Shown piece by piece: positions 10,301-19,370 of a DNA stretch of 64,000 nt. The number at the start of each line of letters is the position of its first letter. Within the stretch, counting starts at the first letter, position 1. The notes below the pieces were generated by a model that saw only the letters and a program-made list of their open reading frames with translations, searched no databases and had not been told where the DNA came from. The translations under genes were made by a program, and so were the position numbers. Origin of the DNA: a virus; IMG/VR virus record IMGVR_UViG_3300043788_000049, positions 1 through 64,000 of that record; one strand, 5' to 3'.

Positions 10301-11215
10301 TTAGGTCCCGTAGGCCGCCGTCATCATGGACGGCATATCTTTTTCCACGACGTTGCCGGGGTTCTTCTCCATGTCCTCGGCCCAGACCTTAAGCTTTTCG
10401 ACGGCCTTGCGCTTGATCCGCCAATAGCGATCGTCGGCGGCCGGCTGCGCCATGACCCCGCGCGCCATGGTGCGCACCTGATCGTTGATCCAGGTCGAGC
10501 GGTGTTCGACGAGGGGATAGGCTTGGCGCAGGAGTTCCTTGCGCCATTCCGGCTCCTGGAAGTCCTCGCCGTCGATGATCGCCCGCGCCTGCGCGCGCCG
10601 CTCGCGCCGCCCGGCGTCGAAGAAGGTCGCCCAGAAGGCCAGATCGCGCATTTCCTGCGTGCCGGCCTTCACCTGCTGGGTTTGATCGGTTTCGACCGGG
10701 GCGTAGGCGATGCGGCCGATGAGGCGGGCGACGTCATCCACCCAATGATCGACGAACCAGAACGGGAAATAGGTCGGGAAGACAAAGCCGAGCTTGTCGG
10801 CCAGCTTTGCGGTGATGCACATGTAGGCCGGGAACGAGGCGTTCGCCATCGCCGAATAGACGCAGCCAATCCCGTCGGGGAAGATCGCCGAGGCCTTCAG
10901 AAACATCTCATCGAAACCGTGCGTCAGGACCATGCTGTCGTCGCACATCGGCATAAACAGTGTCCCGCCCATCTGGAGGCCGCGGTTCCACTTCTCGCCG
11001 ATACTATCCTCGCGGGGCTCGACCGAGAGGAAAATCCGGGGGTCAAGCTCTTTGTCGATGCACGCCCGAACGGCGTCAGCGGTCGCATTGTCGTCGCCGT
11101 CGACGCAAACCATGATCCGGGTGTCCTGGCGGATCGCGTGCCGGATGACTGACCCGATGACGTTGACACACATGCCGGGGCGATTGCGCGTGGCGAGGCT
11201 GATGGTGAGGCTCAA
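10301..11215 (-). CDS. Glycosyltransferase, GT-A/GT2-like
   Basis: TTG start after AGGAG (MSLTISLATRNRP); VDGDD, KWNRG, MCDDS (DxD-like) and WFVDHW motifs. Confidence 0.75.
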   Translation of the reverse strand: MSLTISLATRNRPGMCVNVIGSVIRHAIRQDTRIMVCVDGDDNATADAVRACIDKELDPRIFLSVEPREDSIGEKWNRGLQMGGTLFMPMCDDSMVLTHGFDEMFLKASAIFPDGIGCVYSAMANASFPAYMCITAKLADKLGFVFPTYFPFWFVDHWVDDVARLIGRIAYAPVETDQTQQVKAGTQEMRDLAFWATFFDAGRRERRAQARAIIDGEDFQEPEWRKELLRQAYPLVEHRSTWINDQVRTMARGVMAQPAADDRYWRIKRKAVEKLKVWAEDMEKNPGNVVEKDMPSMMTAAYGT

Positions 11216-11436
11216 AGGGTTGCTCCTGATTGGTCGAAGGCGTTGGCGACGGCGGCGAGCGAGAAATAGAACCCCTCCCAGCGCCATCGGCCCAGGTGGA
11301 AGCCCTCGAAAACGATGTCCTCATTGAGGATGACTAGCAGGTCCTTGCGCCTGCGAGCCCGCCCGTAGCGGAAATAATAGCGGCCGTTCACATAAAAGAG
11401 GACATAGCCCTGGCGGAGAGCGGCGAAGGTGGTCAT
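11212..11436 (-). CDS. Small hypothetical protein in the glycosylation cassette
   Basis: Coupled by ATGA and TTGA overlaps at both ends. Confidence 0.45.
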   Translation of the reverse strand: MTTFAALRQGYVLFYVNGRYYFRYGRARRRKDLLVILNEDIVFEGFHLGRWRWEGFYFSLAAVANAFDQSGATL

Positions 11437-12095
11437 CGCTTCGGCTCGCAGCAAAGCATCAGGTGATATGCCGTCATCCCCGGATGATCGGTAAATAGTG
11501 CGGTTCCGGTCATGCCGAAACGGAACACGTTGTGGAAATAGTGCAGCAAATCCTCTCTCATATCGTCCCCATTTTTGCAGTTGATATGCCCAATTCTACT
11601 TTTCTCACTGGCGTATTGCTGAAACTCAAGGGACGGGCAGCCGGCGATGAAAACCCCATGCGGCTGTAGCGACGCGCAGATGTTGCGCATGGCGCGCGGC
11701 TCGTCGACGGGTCGAATGTGCTCCAGGACATCGAGCGCATAGATCCCGTCATATGGTTGGACGCCCTTGCGCGCGGTGAGCGGGCCATCCTGCACAATGT
11801 CATGGACGCGGAAGTCGCAACCGCTCTGCGTCGCATATTCCGCCCAGGCGACATCGAAATCGTAGAGGTCGAGGCGTCCAACGCGCCGTTCGACCACCGG
11901 AGCCGCAAAGCCATCGGAACAGCCAATCTCGGCAACAGCGGCCTTCCCTTGCATATGCTTGGCGACAAAATCGACGTGCGAGAGGAGCCGGACGAGCCGA
12001 TCGGGATTGCGCCGCCATGTCCCGCCGGTCATCGGCCCGAGCGTGACCGGCTCCAGGGCGAAGTCAGAGGCGTATTGAGGTTCGCGGGTTCTCAC
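11433..12095 (-). CDS. Class I SAM-dependent methyltransferase
   Basis: VAEIGCSDG (motif I), YDGIYALDVLEHI, L.PHGVFIAGCP. Confidence 0.85.
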   Translation of the reverse strand: MRTREPQYASDFALEPVTLGPMTGGTWRRNPDRLVRLLSHVDFVAKHMQGKAAVAEIGCSDGFAAPVVERRVGRLDLYDFDVAWAEYATQSGCDFRVHDIVQDGPLTARKGVQPYDGIYALDVLEHIRPVDEPRAMRNICASLQPHGVFIAGCPSLEFQQYASEKSRIGHINCKNGDDMREDLLHYFHNVFRFGMTGTALFTDHPGMTAYHLMLCCEPKR

Positions 12096-12287
12096 ATCCG
12101 GCTCGCGGCGTCCTTGATGGCCTCGCTGGTCGAAAGGCCGCGATTGCGCGCTTCCGGGAACGCCACGCTGAAGGCATTCCTCACGCGCCTCTCCTTGCTT
12201 TTATTGCGAACCCGGCGCTTGAAAATGCGGCCATCCTTCATCACGCGCGGATTTCCCCCGCTCTCGAAATAAAAATGCTGCATTGGC

Positions 12288-13070
12288 TCACACAGGCGCG
12301 CGCTGCGGCTCGGGGGGTGGAGTGAGCCCATTGAGCAATTCCTTCACGCCGGCGAGCGTGCGGCCCTCGATCCCCATCTTCTGGAGTTCGATTTCCCTGG
12401 CGTATTTGGTCCGCAGCCACGGCCCGAGCGCGCCGACTGATTCGGTCTGCCATTTGTGGTGGAGGATCAATTCCGGGTCGATCCAGGTCTTCTCGCCGAG
12501 GGCCGCCCATTTCTTGCAGAACGTGTAATCCTCGCCCCACAATTGATGGGTGGCCTTGTTGAATTGGAACTCGAAGAGGTTGAACAGGCGCTTGCCGGGC
12601 GCCGTCATGTCCTCATACCACTCGTCCTGGTGGGCCGCGACGAGCTTCTCCGCGCAATCGCGCCGGATGCGCAGGAACCCGGTCGGCGACGCTTCGACCT
12701 CCATCAGACCGGTCTTCTCGTCGAACATCAGCCGATCCTGCCAGGGCTTGAAGACGAAGCCCTCCTTGTCGCCGCGGTGCGGATAGACGCCGCCGACCAG
12801 CGCCACGTCATGGCTCATCAGCCGCGTGAAGCAGCCCGATTCCGCCCAGACATCGGAATCGACGCACATCATGTCGTCGAAGTTGCCTTCGAGGAATTGG
12901 GCAAAGAGCACGGCGCGCGCGCGCGGGAGGATCGAATCCGTGGTGCGCAGCGTGAAATCGCAGCCCCATCCCTTGGCGTTCGCCTCCTGCGACATCTTCG
13001 CGATGCTGGCGTGATAGCGATAATCAAGCTCCCCGTTGTAGGTCGGGGTAGCGATCAGGATTCTGCGCAT
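12288..13070 (-). CDS. Glycosyltransferase-like protein (GT-A fold)
   Basis: ILIATPTY, ILPRARA, VDSD (DxD), GGVYP, PTGFLRI, GEDYTFCKKW..LG..W.DP. Confidence 0.8.
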   Translation of the reverse strand: MRRILIATPTYNGELDYRYHASIAKMSQEANAKGWGCDFTLRTTDSILPRARAVLFAQFLEGNFDDMMCVDSDVWAESGCFTRLMSHDVALVGGVYPHRGDKEGFVFKPWQDRLMFDEKTGLMEVEASPTGFLRIRRDCAEKLVAAHQDEWYEDMTAPGKRLFNLFEFQFNKATHQLWGEDYTFCKKWAALGEKTWIDPELILHHKWQTESVGALGPWLRTKYAREIELQKMGIEGRTLAGVKELLNGLTPPPEPQRAPV

Positions 13071-13102
13071 GTGGGGAATCTCGCTGGCGAAATGCTGCCA
13101 GC

Positions 13103-13142
13103 AGATAAGATTAGGGCCGCTCCGGTGTCAATGGAGCGGCCC
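13103..13142 (-). promoter_or_regulatory. GC hairpin after the decoration gene with TTGACA in its loop (terminator/promoter)
   Basis: Stem GGGCCGCTCC (13114-23)/GGAGCGGCCC (13133-42). Minus-strand TTGACA at 13131-26 and TTATCT 17 nt downstream. Confidence 0.55.
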
Positions 13143-13166
13143 CAAAGTCAGAGCGTGAACTTATGA

Positions 13167-14414
13167 TCAAAGGTCGGCGGTAGCCTGGATGAAGCCGGAG
13201 TTGGGCTGCCGGCTGACCAGAAGCGCGGCCTGACCCGAGGCGGCGGTCGTGGTGCTGACCACGTTGATGAAGTTGACCGTATGCGTCGACCCGGCGGCGA
13301 AGCCGGAGACGGCGGCCGTGGTGCCGATGACATAGAGGGCGAACGAGCCGGCGAGGACCGTGACGGTCGGCGGGGAGCGCATCTGAACCGGCAACGGGAT
13401 GAAGATCGTCTCGTTGTTGGTGGTGATGACTTCGCCGGAACCGACGATCGAACCCGAAGTGCCTTCGTTGATCTGGAAGAAATAACGCTGGCAGATTTCC
13501 AGTTCGACCTGGACGTCGCGGTGCTCGAAGGCGGTCGGCCCCGTGCCGGCCTCAAGCTGGACGCCCCACATATAGATATTGTCGCCCACCACCGCGTTGG
13601 AGTTCGTCGGTGAATAGGAGAACAGGGCGGCGAGCTGGGTCGCGCTGGTCGGAACCGTCCCATAGAAGGAATAGCGGGTCGGGGTCGAAGTCAGAGCCTG
13701 GGTCGCGCTGATGACGTTGTTATAGCCCGTCCAAGTGCCGGCGACGGCGGAGGTAGCCGACTGGTTGGTGCCGCTACCCATGGCCAGCGTGACGCCCATG
13801 TTGGCGCCTGAGAAGCCGGTATTGGCCGCAGCCCAGAAGGATAGCGTGACAGGCGATCCCTGCATGCGAATGCTGTCCAGGCTCTCCAGGACCTGCCCGA
13901 AGGTGATCGTAGAGACGGTGGTGCCGGACGTGCCACGGCCCCACTGGAAGGCTTGCGAGAAGGTCGGAACCGATGTGGTAGCGACGTTCGACACGGTGGC
14001 CGAGGTCGCTGCGGCGCCGGCAATGAGGAACCAGCGATCAGCCGTGTAGACGGCGGTCGTGCCGATGTTCGAGAAGAAGTTGCCGCGCTGCCACGGGTTG
14101 ATCGTCGCGTCGCCGCCGTCGAGGAGGTTGCGGAAGTTGGACGACAGATAGCCGGCTTGCGCGCCAAAGAAGGGCGCGACGGTGGCCGCGCGAGACGTCG
14201 AGGTCGGGCTATTGGTGACGTAAGCCTGATAGGTCACGCCGCCAGCGACAATATTGACGATGTCGCCCTGCTCCATGCCGCGCGCAGCGCCATCGGAGAA
14301 GTAGCCGGCGCTGAACACCGTCGCGATGCCGTCGGGCGAGACGTAGAAGAATTCGCCCTGATTGCCCTCGATCGTCTGGGCAATGCGGGACAGAAAGTTG
14401 CCGTTATAGGCCAT
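13167..14414 (-). CDS. Capsid decoration protein fused to a Ser/Thr-rich beta-sandwich, fibre-type domain
   Basis: Directly after the capsid gene. N-terminal AGYFSDG..RGM..GDIV; C-terminal NLLDGGD..PWQRG..YTADRW..GVQLEAG..PTAFEHR..ELEICQRYF. Confidence 0.65.
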   Translation of the reverse strand: MAYNGNFLSRIAQTIEGNQGEFFYVSPDGIATVFSAGYFSDGAARGMEQGDIVNIVAGGVTYQAYVTNSPTSTSRAATVAPFFGAQAGYLSSNFRNLLDGGDATINPWQRGNFFSNIGTTAVYTADRWFLIAGAAATSATVSNVATTSVPTFSQAFQWGRGTSGTTVSTITFGQVLESLDSIRMQGSPVTLSFWAAANTGFSGANMGVTLAMGSGTNQSATSAVAGTWTGYNNVISATQALTSTPTRYSFYGTVPTSATQLAALFSYSPTNSNAVVGDNIYMWGVQLEAGTGPTAFEHRDVQVELEICQRYFFQINEGTSGSIVGSGEVITTNNETIFIPLPVQMRSPPTVTVLAGSFALYVIGTTAAVSGFAAGSTHTVNFINVVSTTTAASGQAALLVSRQPNSGFIQATADL

Positions 14415-14438
14415 AGCGGTTTCCCTCTTCTCCCGGCC

Positions 14439-15302
14439 TTAGCTGATCGCCGAGGCGTCGTGGAACACTTGGACAACGCCCTTGGTCTGCAAGAGCTTGG
14501 AGCCCATGTAGACGGAAGTGCGCGCCCACGAATAATCCTGGCGGCGGTGGTAGTCGGCCATCGCCATGATCTCACCGGAATTGACCGCGTGGCCGATCGC
14601 ATTGCGGTGATAGGCGTAGCACTGCTCGGCATTGGTCCCGAGGCCGGTGAGCAAGGCGCTGGTGATCCAGTTGAAGCCCATCCAGCGCATCATCTTGCGC
14701 GGCACGCCGCCGCCGTTATTCGGCAGGGGCTGTTCAAGGACCTTCACATCGACGTAGAAAACGTTGGTGAATTCCTTGACCTGATAGAGGTAGCCGATGA
14801 AGCCGGGGCTAACGACGAAGAACATATTGTCGATTTCGTCGACTGCGACCGCGTTATTGCCCAGCTTGGTCATGGTGCGTGACACCATGGACTGGTTCGC
14901 CGTCGAGCCGGTCGGGCCGCCGATGACGTTGGTGGCCGCCGAGAGAGCCGAGAGAATGTCCAGGTCGATCGTGCGATTGATCACCTTCATGCTCGTCTCT
15001 TGCATGATGCGCTTGCCGTCGCCCTGGCTGGCGAAGAGGTTGAACCCGGTGCGCTGCACGAGATCGTGCTGTTCGATCAAGGTCGCCGTGAACTGATTGA
15101 GGTTGTCGACACGGGACGGGATCAGGCCGTTGACGCCGCGGGTTTGCGCGATCGCGCCGCCAGAATCCGCAACCAGGAAGATCGCTTGGTTGCCCTTGAT
15201 TACCGCCTCTGTAATCACAGTGGTGCGAAGCATAGACATGCCGACTTCGAAGCCAGCAATGAATTCTTGGCGGTATTGCACCTGAAAAGCTGTGTCGGAG
15301 AT
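14439..15302 (-). CDS. Major capsid protein (BPP-1 Bbp17-like); probable ATC start
   Basis: SDTAFQVQYRQEFIAGFE...TRGVNGLIP...WMGFNWI...YHRNAIGHA...MGSKLLQ..GVV. GGAGG SD is 5 nt before ATC; an in-frame TAG lies 4 codons upstream. Confidence 0.9.
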   Translation of the reverse strand: MSDTAFQVQYRQEFIAGFEVGMSMLRTTVITEAVIKGNQAIFLVADSGGAIAQTRGVNGLIPSRVDNLNQFTATLIEQHDLVQRTGFNLFASQGDGKRIMQETSMKVINRTIDLDILSALSAATNVIGGPTGSTANQSMVSRTMTKLGNNAVAVDEIDNMFFVVSPGFIGYLYQVKEFTNVFYVDVKVLEQPLPNNGGGVPRKMMRWMGFNWITSALLTGLGTNAEQCYAYHRNAIGHAVNSGEIMAMADYHRRQDYSWARTSVYMGSKLLQTKGVVQVFHDASAIS

Positions 15303-15520
15303 GGTAACCTCCTACCAAAAGAGCCAGGCAATAGCCTCGGTCTACTTTCGATAGGGTTTTCCGCAGTCGTGATTACCTCGGGTTGCCTCACATTCCTGTC
15401 AGGGCCGAAGTATATCTAGCGGGGCCTCTCTCCAGTTATTTCCTTTGGAAGCGGTCGGGCCGCAAAGGCGGGTTGCCAACAGCTACTATCAAAGGTGTGG
15501 GTTACCGCGCCCACACCCTT
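15303..15520 (-). ncRNA. Candidate structured 5' leader RNA of the capsid gene
   Basis: Intergenic between the HNH and capsid genes. Several hairpins, three GGYAACCC and three GGCCC motifs, and long-range CUUUGAUAG/CUAUCGAAAG pairing. Confidence 0.5.
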
Positions 15521-15549
15521 CTAATAGCCTTACCTGCGTCACTTGTAAA
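15521..15549 (-). promoter_or_regulatory. Sigma70-like promoter for the capsid leader
   Basis: TTTACA-17 nt-TATTAG. Confidence 0.5.
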
Positions 15550-15562
15550 TAGGGGTAGTGTT

Positions 15563-16087
15563 TTAGGCGGTCAGCCAATCGAATCTGGCGAACTCGCCCC
15601 ATATGGCTTCAGCCGCCGCGCGGTAGACTGCGCGGGCTTCTTCGAGGGTGTCATAGGTGCCAAAGAATTGGCCCCGCGCTCGCACCTGATATTTTCCAGT
15701 CGATTTAAGCTTGTGGACGCCTTTGGCCCCCGAAGTGTTGCGCGTGCTGTTTGCCATGTTGGCGAGGTTCTGTGAGCCGGTGGCTGGGCGCAGATTACTC
15801 CATCGATTATTGAGTTTATCTGCATCTTGGTGATCAAGGTCGAAACGGCACCACTCTCCCGTCATCAGAAGATATGCGATTCGATGTGCTAGAAAGGAAT
15901 CCTTAAATAGGCCGACAACGCGATAGCCATCTATGCTGATTTTGCCAGCGATCTTGCCGGGGGCTGATTTCCCGCTACGCGCGGGCTGTTTTATCCAAAT
16001 GAGGTCGCCGCTATCCGGATCGTATGCGAGAAATTCTGCGATTTGCTCGAATGTCGGGAGTTGTTCTATCGTTCGACGAGCCGTCAT
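15563..16087 (-). CDS. HNH homing endonuclease (HNH-AP2 type)
   Basis: YDPDSGDLIW...LAHRIAY...DHQDADKLNNRWSNLRPAT..QN...NTSGAKGV. Confidence 0.85.
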   Translation of the reverse strand: MTARRTIEQLPTFEQIAEFLAYDPDSGDLIWIKQPARSGKSAPGKIAGKISIDGYRVVGLFKDSFLAHRIAYLLMTGEWCRFDLDHQDADKLNNRWSNLRPATGSQNLANMANSTRNTSGAKGVHKLKSTGKYQVRARGQFFGTYDTLEEARAVYRAAAEAIWGEFARFDWLTA

Positions 16088-16164
16088 GATCCGCTCCACG
16101 GGTCTGATGGTTAGGAGCCGCAGGCCGTGCAACCGACCTTGCGGCTCTGTCTTTCTAGCACGAA

Positions 16165-17268
16165 TCACGCCGCCTTGCGCGGGTTCCCATTCTCGTCGAT
16201 CAAGCCCTGCTTCATGAGCGCATCGAGAATATCCCGATATTCCTGTTGCATGGGCTGGCTCTGCGGGCCGAAATAATAGGGATTGCTCCGGTCGGCCATG
16301 CCGCGGCGCATGTGACCCTCGATTTCGCCCTTGCGATCCATGGCGGATTTGACCGGATCGCCCTTGTCGCCCAGGACCAGAGCGCCGAATGGGTTGTTTT
16401 GCAGCATCGTCGCCGCGGCCCATTCCATGAAATCAGGCCGGTTGCCGATCAACTTCCCGTCCGGCCCGCGCGCGCCGATGATGTCCTGGAACAGCGTGTT
16501 GCCGTCGAAGAAGCTCAAGGCCGCGTTGTAGCGCTTGGTATATTCCGCGCCCCACTTCGCCCGAAGGCTCGTGTCGGCCTGGAGGGTGTCTTTATTGTCC
16601 TGTTGGGAGAGGCGATCGACCGATTGCTGCTGCTCGGAGGCATACCAAGCCAGCATGTCCCGGAAGGCCTCGGGCGCAAGATTGTGTTCGAGGGCGTGGG
16701 CCTTGAAGGAATCAAGCGCCGGCTTGTCGTATTCGCCCCAGACCCAGCCATTGCCGATGTCGGTCGAATAGCCTTCCGCCGAGTCCGGGATGCCGTGGCT
16801 CTTGCGATATTCAGCCAGTTCCTCCGGCGTGTAGTTGTTCGGGAGGGCCTTTTTCAGGTCCCCCGAGGACATGCGCTGCTCCATCGCCAGCCATGATTTG
16901 CCGATGGCTTCCGGCGACGTGAACCGCGCGAGACGGTCGATCAGGGATTTCGGCGGGTTGGGGCCGGCGATCTCCTTGGCGAATTTCTCGCGCCAGTCGG
17001 CGGGCCAGTCGGCAGGCGTGGCCGGCGGCGGCTGCGTGCCGTCAAGGGGTTTCTGGGCGAGGGTTGTGGGCTTGGCCGGCGCGGGCGGTGCAGGTGGAGC
17101 GGGTGGAGCGGGTGGAGGCGCATCGCCAGCCGGCGGGGCCGCGGGCGGCGTGGCAGGCGGAGTAGCCGGCGGCGCAGGAGGCGGGGCGGTCGGATCGCTG
17201 CCGGTGGGCGGCGGCGCGACAACGCCAGGACGGCCGCCATCGGGGTTCTGGGTGTCGCCGTCAGCCAT
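16165..17268 (-). CDS. Capsid scaffolding/assembly protein
   Basis: Pro/Ala-rich N-terminus, WPADWRE, GIPDSAEGY, LRAKWGAEY. Lies between portal and capsid genes. Confidence 0.8.
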   Translation of the reverse strand: MADGDTQNPDGGRPGVVAPPPTGSDPTAPPPAPPATPPATPPAAPPAGDAPPPAPPAPPAPPAPAKPTTLAQKPLDGTQPPPATPADWPADWREKFAKEIAGPNPPKSLIDRLARFTSPEAIGKSWLAMEQRMSSGDLKKALPNNYTPEELAEYRKSHGIPDSAEGYSTDIGNGWVWGEYDKPALDSFKAHALEHNLAPEAFRDMLAWYASEQQQSVDRLSQQDNKDTLQADTSLRAKWGAEYTKRYNAALSFFDGNTLFQDIIGARGPDGKLIGNRPDFMEWAAATMLQNNPFGALVLGDKGDPVKSAMDRKGEIEGHMRRGMADRSNPYYFGPQSQPMQQEYRDILDALMKQGLIDENGNPRKAA

Positions 17269-17278
17269 CGTCTATCTC

Positions 17279-17638
17279 CTATGTGTTCTTGATCTCGCCA
17301 TCGTTGTCGGCGTTTTCCGGCGCGGGCATCGGCGCTTTCGTGACCCCTATCATATCAATTTGTCCTGGGCTCATCCGCAGGATTTTCTCGATCTCGTTGC
17401 CCACGAACCTCTTGCCCTCGCTAAAGCTCGTGTCGCGGTCCCCGCCAAGGTGATCAGGACGGTAAGCCATATCGTAGGTCCGGCAGAGATCCACGATCAG
17501 CCACTTCATGAAAAGGGTCTGCTGACTCTCGTCTGCCGAACCGCCCCAGAGCGCCTTCGCCGCATAGACGACCTGCTTGGTGAGCCGGGGCGGAATATAG
17601 GGCGCCATAGCGTGGTGCTTGGTGCGGATCAGGCGCAT
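17279..17638 (-). CDS. Bbp19-like head protein
   Basis: DRDTSFSEGKRFVG motif; located after the portal gene. Confidence 0.7.
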   Translation of the reverse strand: MRLIRTKHHAMAPYIPPRLTKQVVYAAKALWGGSADESQQTLFMKWLIVDLCRTYDMAYRPDHLGGDRDTSFSEGKRFVGNEIEKILRMSPGQIDMIGVTKAPMPAPENADNDGEIKNT

Positions 17639-17642
17639 TCAA

Positions 17643-19370
17643 CTACATGGCCCCGCCCTGTTGCGGTAATTGAGCCGGGATGACGCCTCCTTGTTGAAGG
17701 AGGTTCGCCGCATTTCCGATCTTCGACGCCACGTCAGCCCCATGCCCGGCCGTGTTCATCGTGTCTTGGGTCTGCTGCTGGGCGGCCATCGCCGCGCGCG
17801 ACTGCGCCTTGAGCCGCGCAGCGACTTCCTTCGGGACCATCCAGGTCGCCGGGGCGCCGGTGCCTTCAACCGCATCGCGGAAGGCGGTATCGAGGTCGAC
17901 GTCATGGACGACCGTCGGATCGACCGCGGCCGCGGCCTGCGTCACCTGCATCAGGGTCGTGAAGGATTGCACATTCGCCCTCGTGGCGGCCATCGTTAGC
18001 GGCGTCTCGAAGATAAACCGGACGTCCATGCCACGGAGGATTTTCGGCATATAGCCGAGGTCCCCGAAGGCGTTCATCCGCAGCATCATCTCGAAAACGC
18101 GGTCGCAGACGGCGCCATTGTATTCGACCTGGAGGGGCTCGAACAACGGCGTGGTGTTGCGAATATATTCCTCCCAGAGTTTCTGGACCTCGAACGCCGT
18201 GCGGGCGTGGGTGGTGTCCGGGAGCTTGATCTGATTGAGGAAGTGGCCGGTGGCGATGATTTCGGCGATGCGCTTTTCACGATCGACGCCCCAGCCGAGA
18301 TTGGGGTTGGTGCCAAGCAGCGGTTCGAGGACGGGCCCGGTGCGCTCGTCGTAATCGGCGTCGACCCAGGTAATGCCGCCGGCATAAGTGTTCACGCCGC
18401 CCTGGATCGCCTCGAAGACGCCCTTGTAGGGTGGATCGACCGCTTTCTGGCCCGCTTCGAGCAGCGTCAGGGTGATCTGCTGGAGCATGCGCGCGTCGGC
18501 GATGTTGACGACAGCCGGGGGGGAGTAGCCGTAGCCAAAGCCCGGCACCGTCTCCCAGCGCGGGCAGACGTAGCCCAACTGATACTGGCCCATTTCCTCC
18601 AGGATCGTCTCGTTATCGACATCGATCCAGATCGAGACGAAGGGCAGCTTGCGCCCGCTCATCCGGATGATCTGGCCGCCCTTAGCCTGCTCATCGATCG
18701 TCCCGGTGCCCTCATAATCGCTGCTCGGCATGACGATGTGCCGGCATTGGACATCGGTGTGCGGGTCTTTCTCGGCCAGGGTCTTGACCTTTGCGTCGAC
18801 CTTATCCGGGAACAGCTTGATGAGGTTCGCGCGGGTGATCTTGCGCTTGACGTGGATCGTGTCGACTTGCCCGCTCGGGTCCTCGGCCCACGCCACGTCC
18901 CGCATGTGGATCGTGCGGAAGAGAAGCCCGTTCCAGTTCGAGTTCGGGCGCAGCATGATGCAGGCGTTGCCGATCGTGACGAAATCGCGGTCCCCCTCCT
19001 TCGCCGCGCGCGACCAGCCGGACAGATTGTCATACATGGCCTGCCGCATTTGCTCGGTGGCGAAATCCAGCCACTTGCGGGCCATCGTGTCCTTGTTGAT
19101 TCGCTCGGATTGCGTGCGGGCATGGAACCACGTTTGACCCGGAGGTCGAAGCATGGCAGAAATGGCGTTCGCCAAGTCCCGCGAGGCCATTGCAGGCACG
19201 CCCGTCATCAAGTGACTAGCGAATTCCATGCCTATGCTACGGACGTAGCTGTAATCCGCCCGTTCTGGATATAGCTGTTCAGTTATTGCTTGCCAAAGAC
19301 TAATGATAGCTCGTCGGCGGTTGAACAAATCGTCGCCAATGCTTATTAACTCGGCAATTCTACTTTTCAT
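17643..19370 (-). CDS. Portal (head-tail connector) protein
   Basis: WQAITEQLYPERAD...LRPPGQTWF...PRWETVPG..YGYSP...KAVDPP...TAFEV. ATG at 19370 overlaps the HEG stop (ATGA). Confidence 0.9.
   Translation of the reverse strand: MKSRIAELISIGDDLFNRRRAIISLWQAITEQLYPERADYSYVRSIGMEFASHLMTGVPAMASRDLANAISAMLRPPGQTWFHARTQSERINKDTMARKWLDFATEQMRQAMYDNLSGWSRAAKEGDRDFVTIGNACIMLRPNSNWNGLLFRTIHMRDVAWAEDPSGQVDTIHVKRKITRANLIKLFPDKVDAKVKTLAEKDPHTDVQCRHIVMPSSDYEGTGTIDEQAKGGQIIRMSGRKLPFVSIWIDVDNETILEEMGQYQLGYVCPRWETVPGFGYGYSPPAVVNIADARMLQQITLTLLEAGQKAVDPPYKGVFEAIQGGVNTYAGGITWVDADYDERTGPVLEPLLGTNPNLGWGVDREKRIAEIIATGHFLNQIKLPDTTHARTAFEVQKLWEEYIRNTTPLFEPLQVEYNGAVCDRVFEMMLRMNAFGDLGYMPKILRGMDVRFIFETPLTMAATRANVQSFTTLMQVTQAAAAVDPTVVHDVDLDTAFRDAVEGTGAPATWMVPKEVAARLKAQSRAAMAAQQQTQDTMNTAGHGADVASKIGNAANLLQQGGVIPAQLPQQGGAM

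Noticed and set aside
15303-16165. Group I intron containing the HNH gene, splicing scaffold to capsid
   Set aside because: Scaffold ends normally, the capsid has its own SD and a complete N-terminus, and I could not identify P7 core elements.
17040-17230. GC-rich low-complexity repeat
   Set aside because: Encodes the Pro/Ala-rich N-terminus of the scaffold protein.
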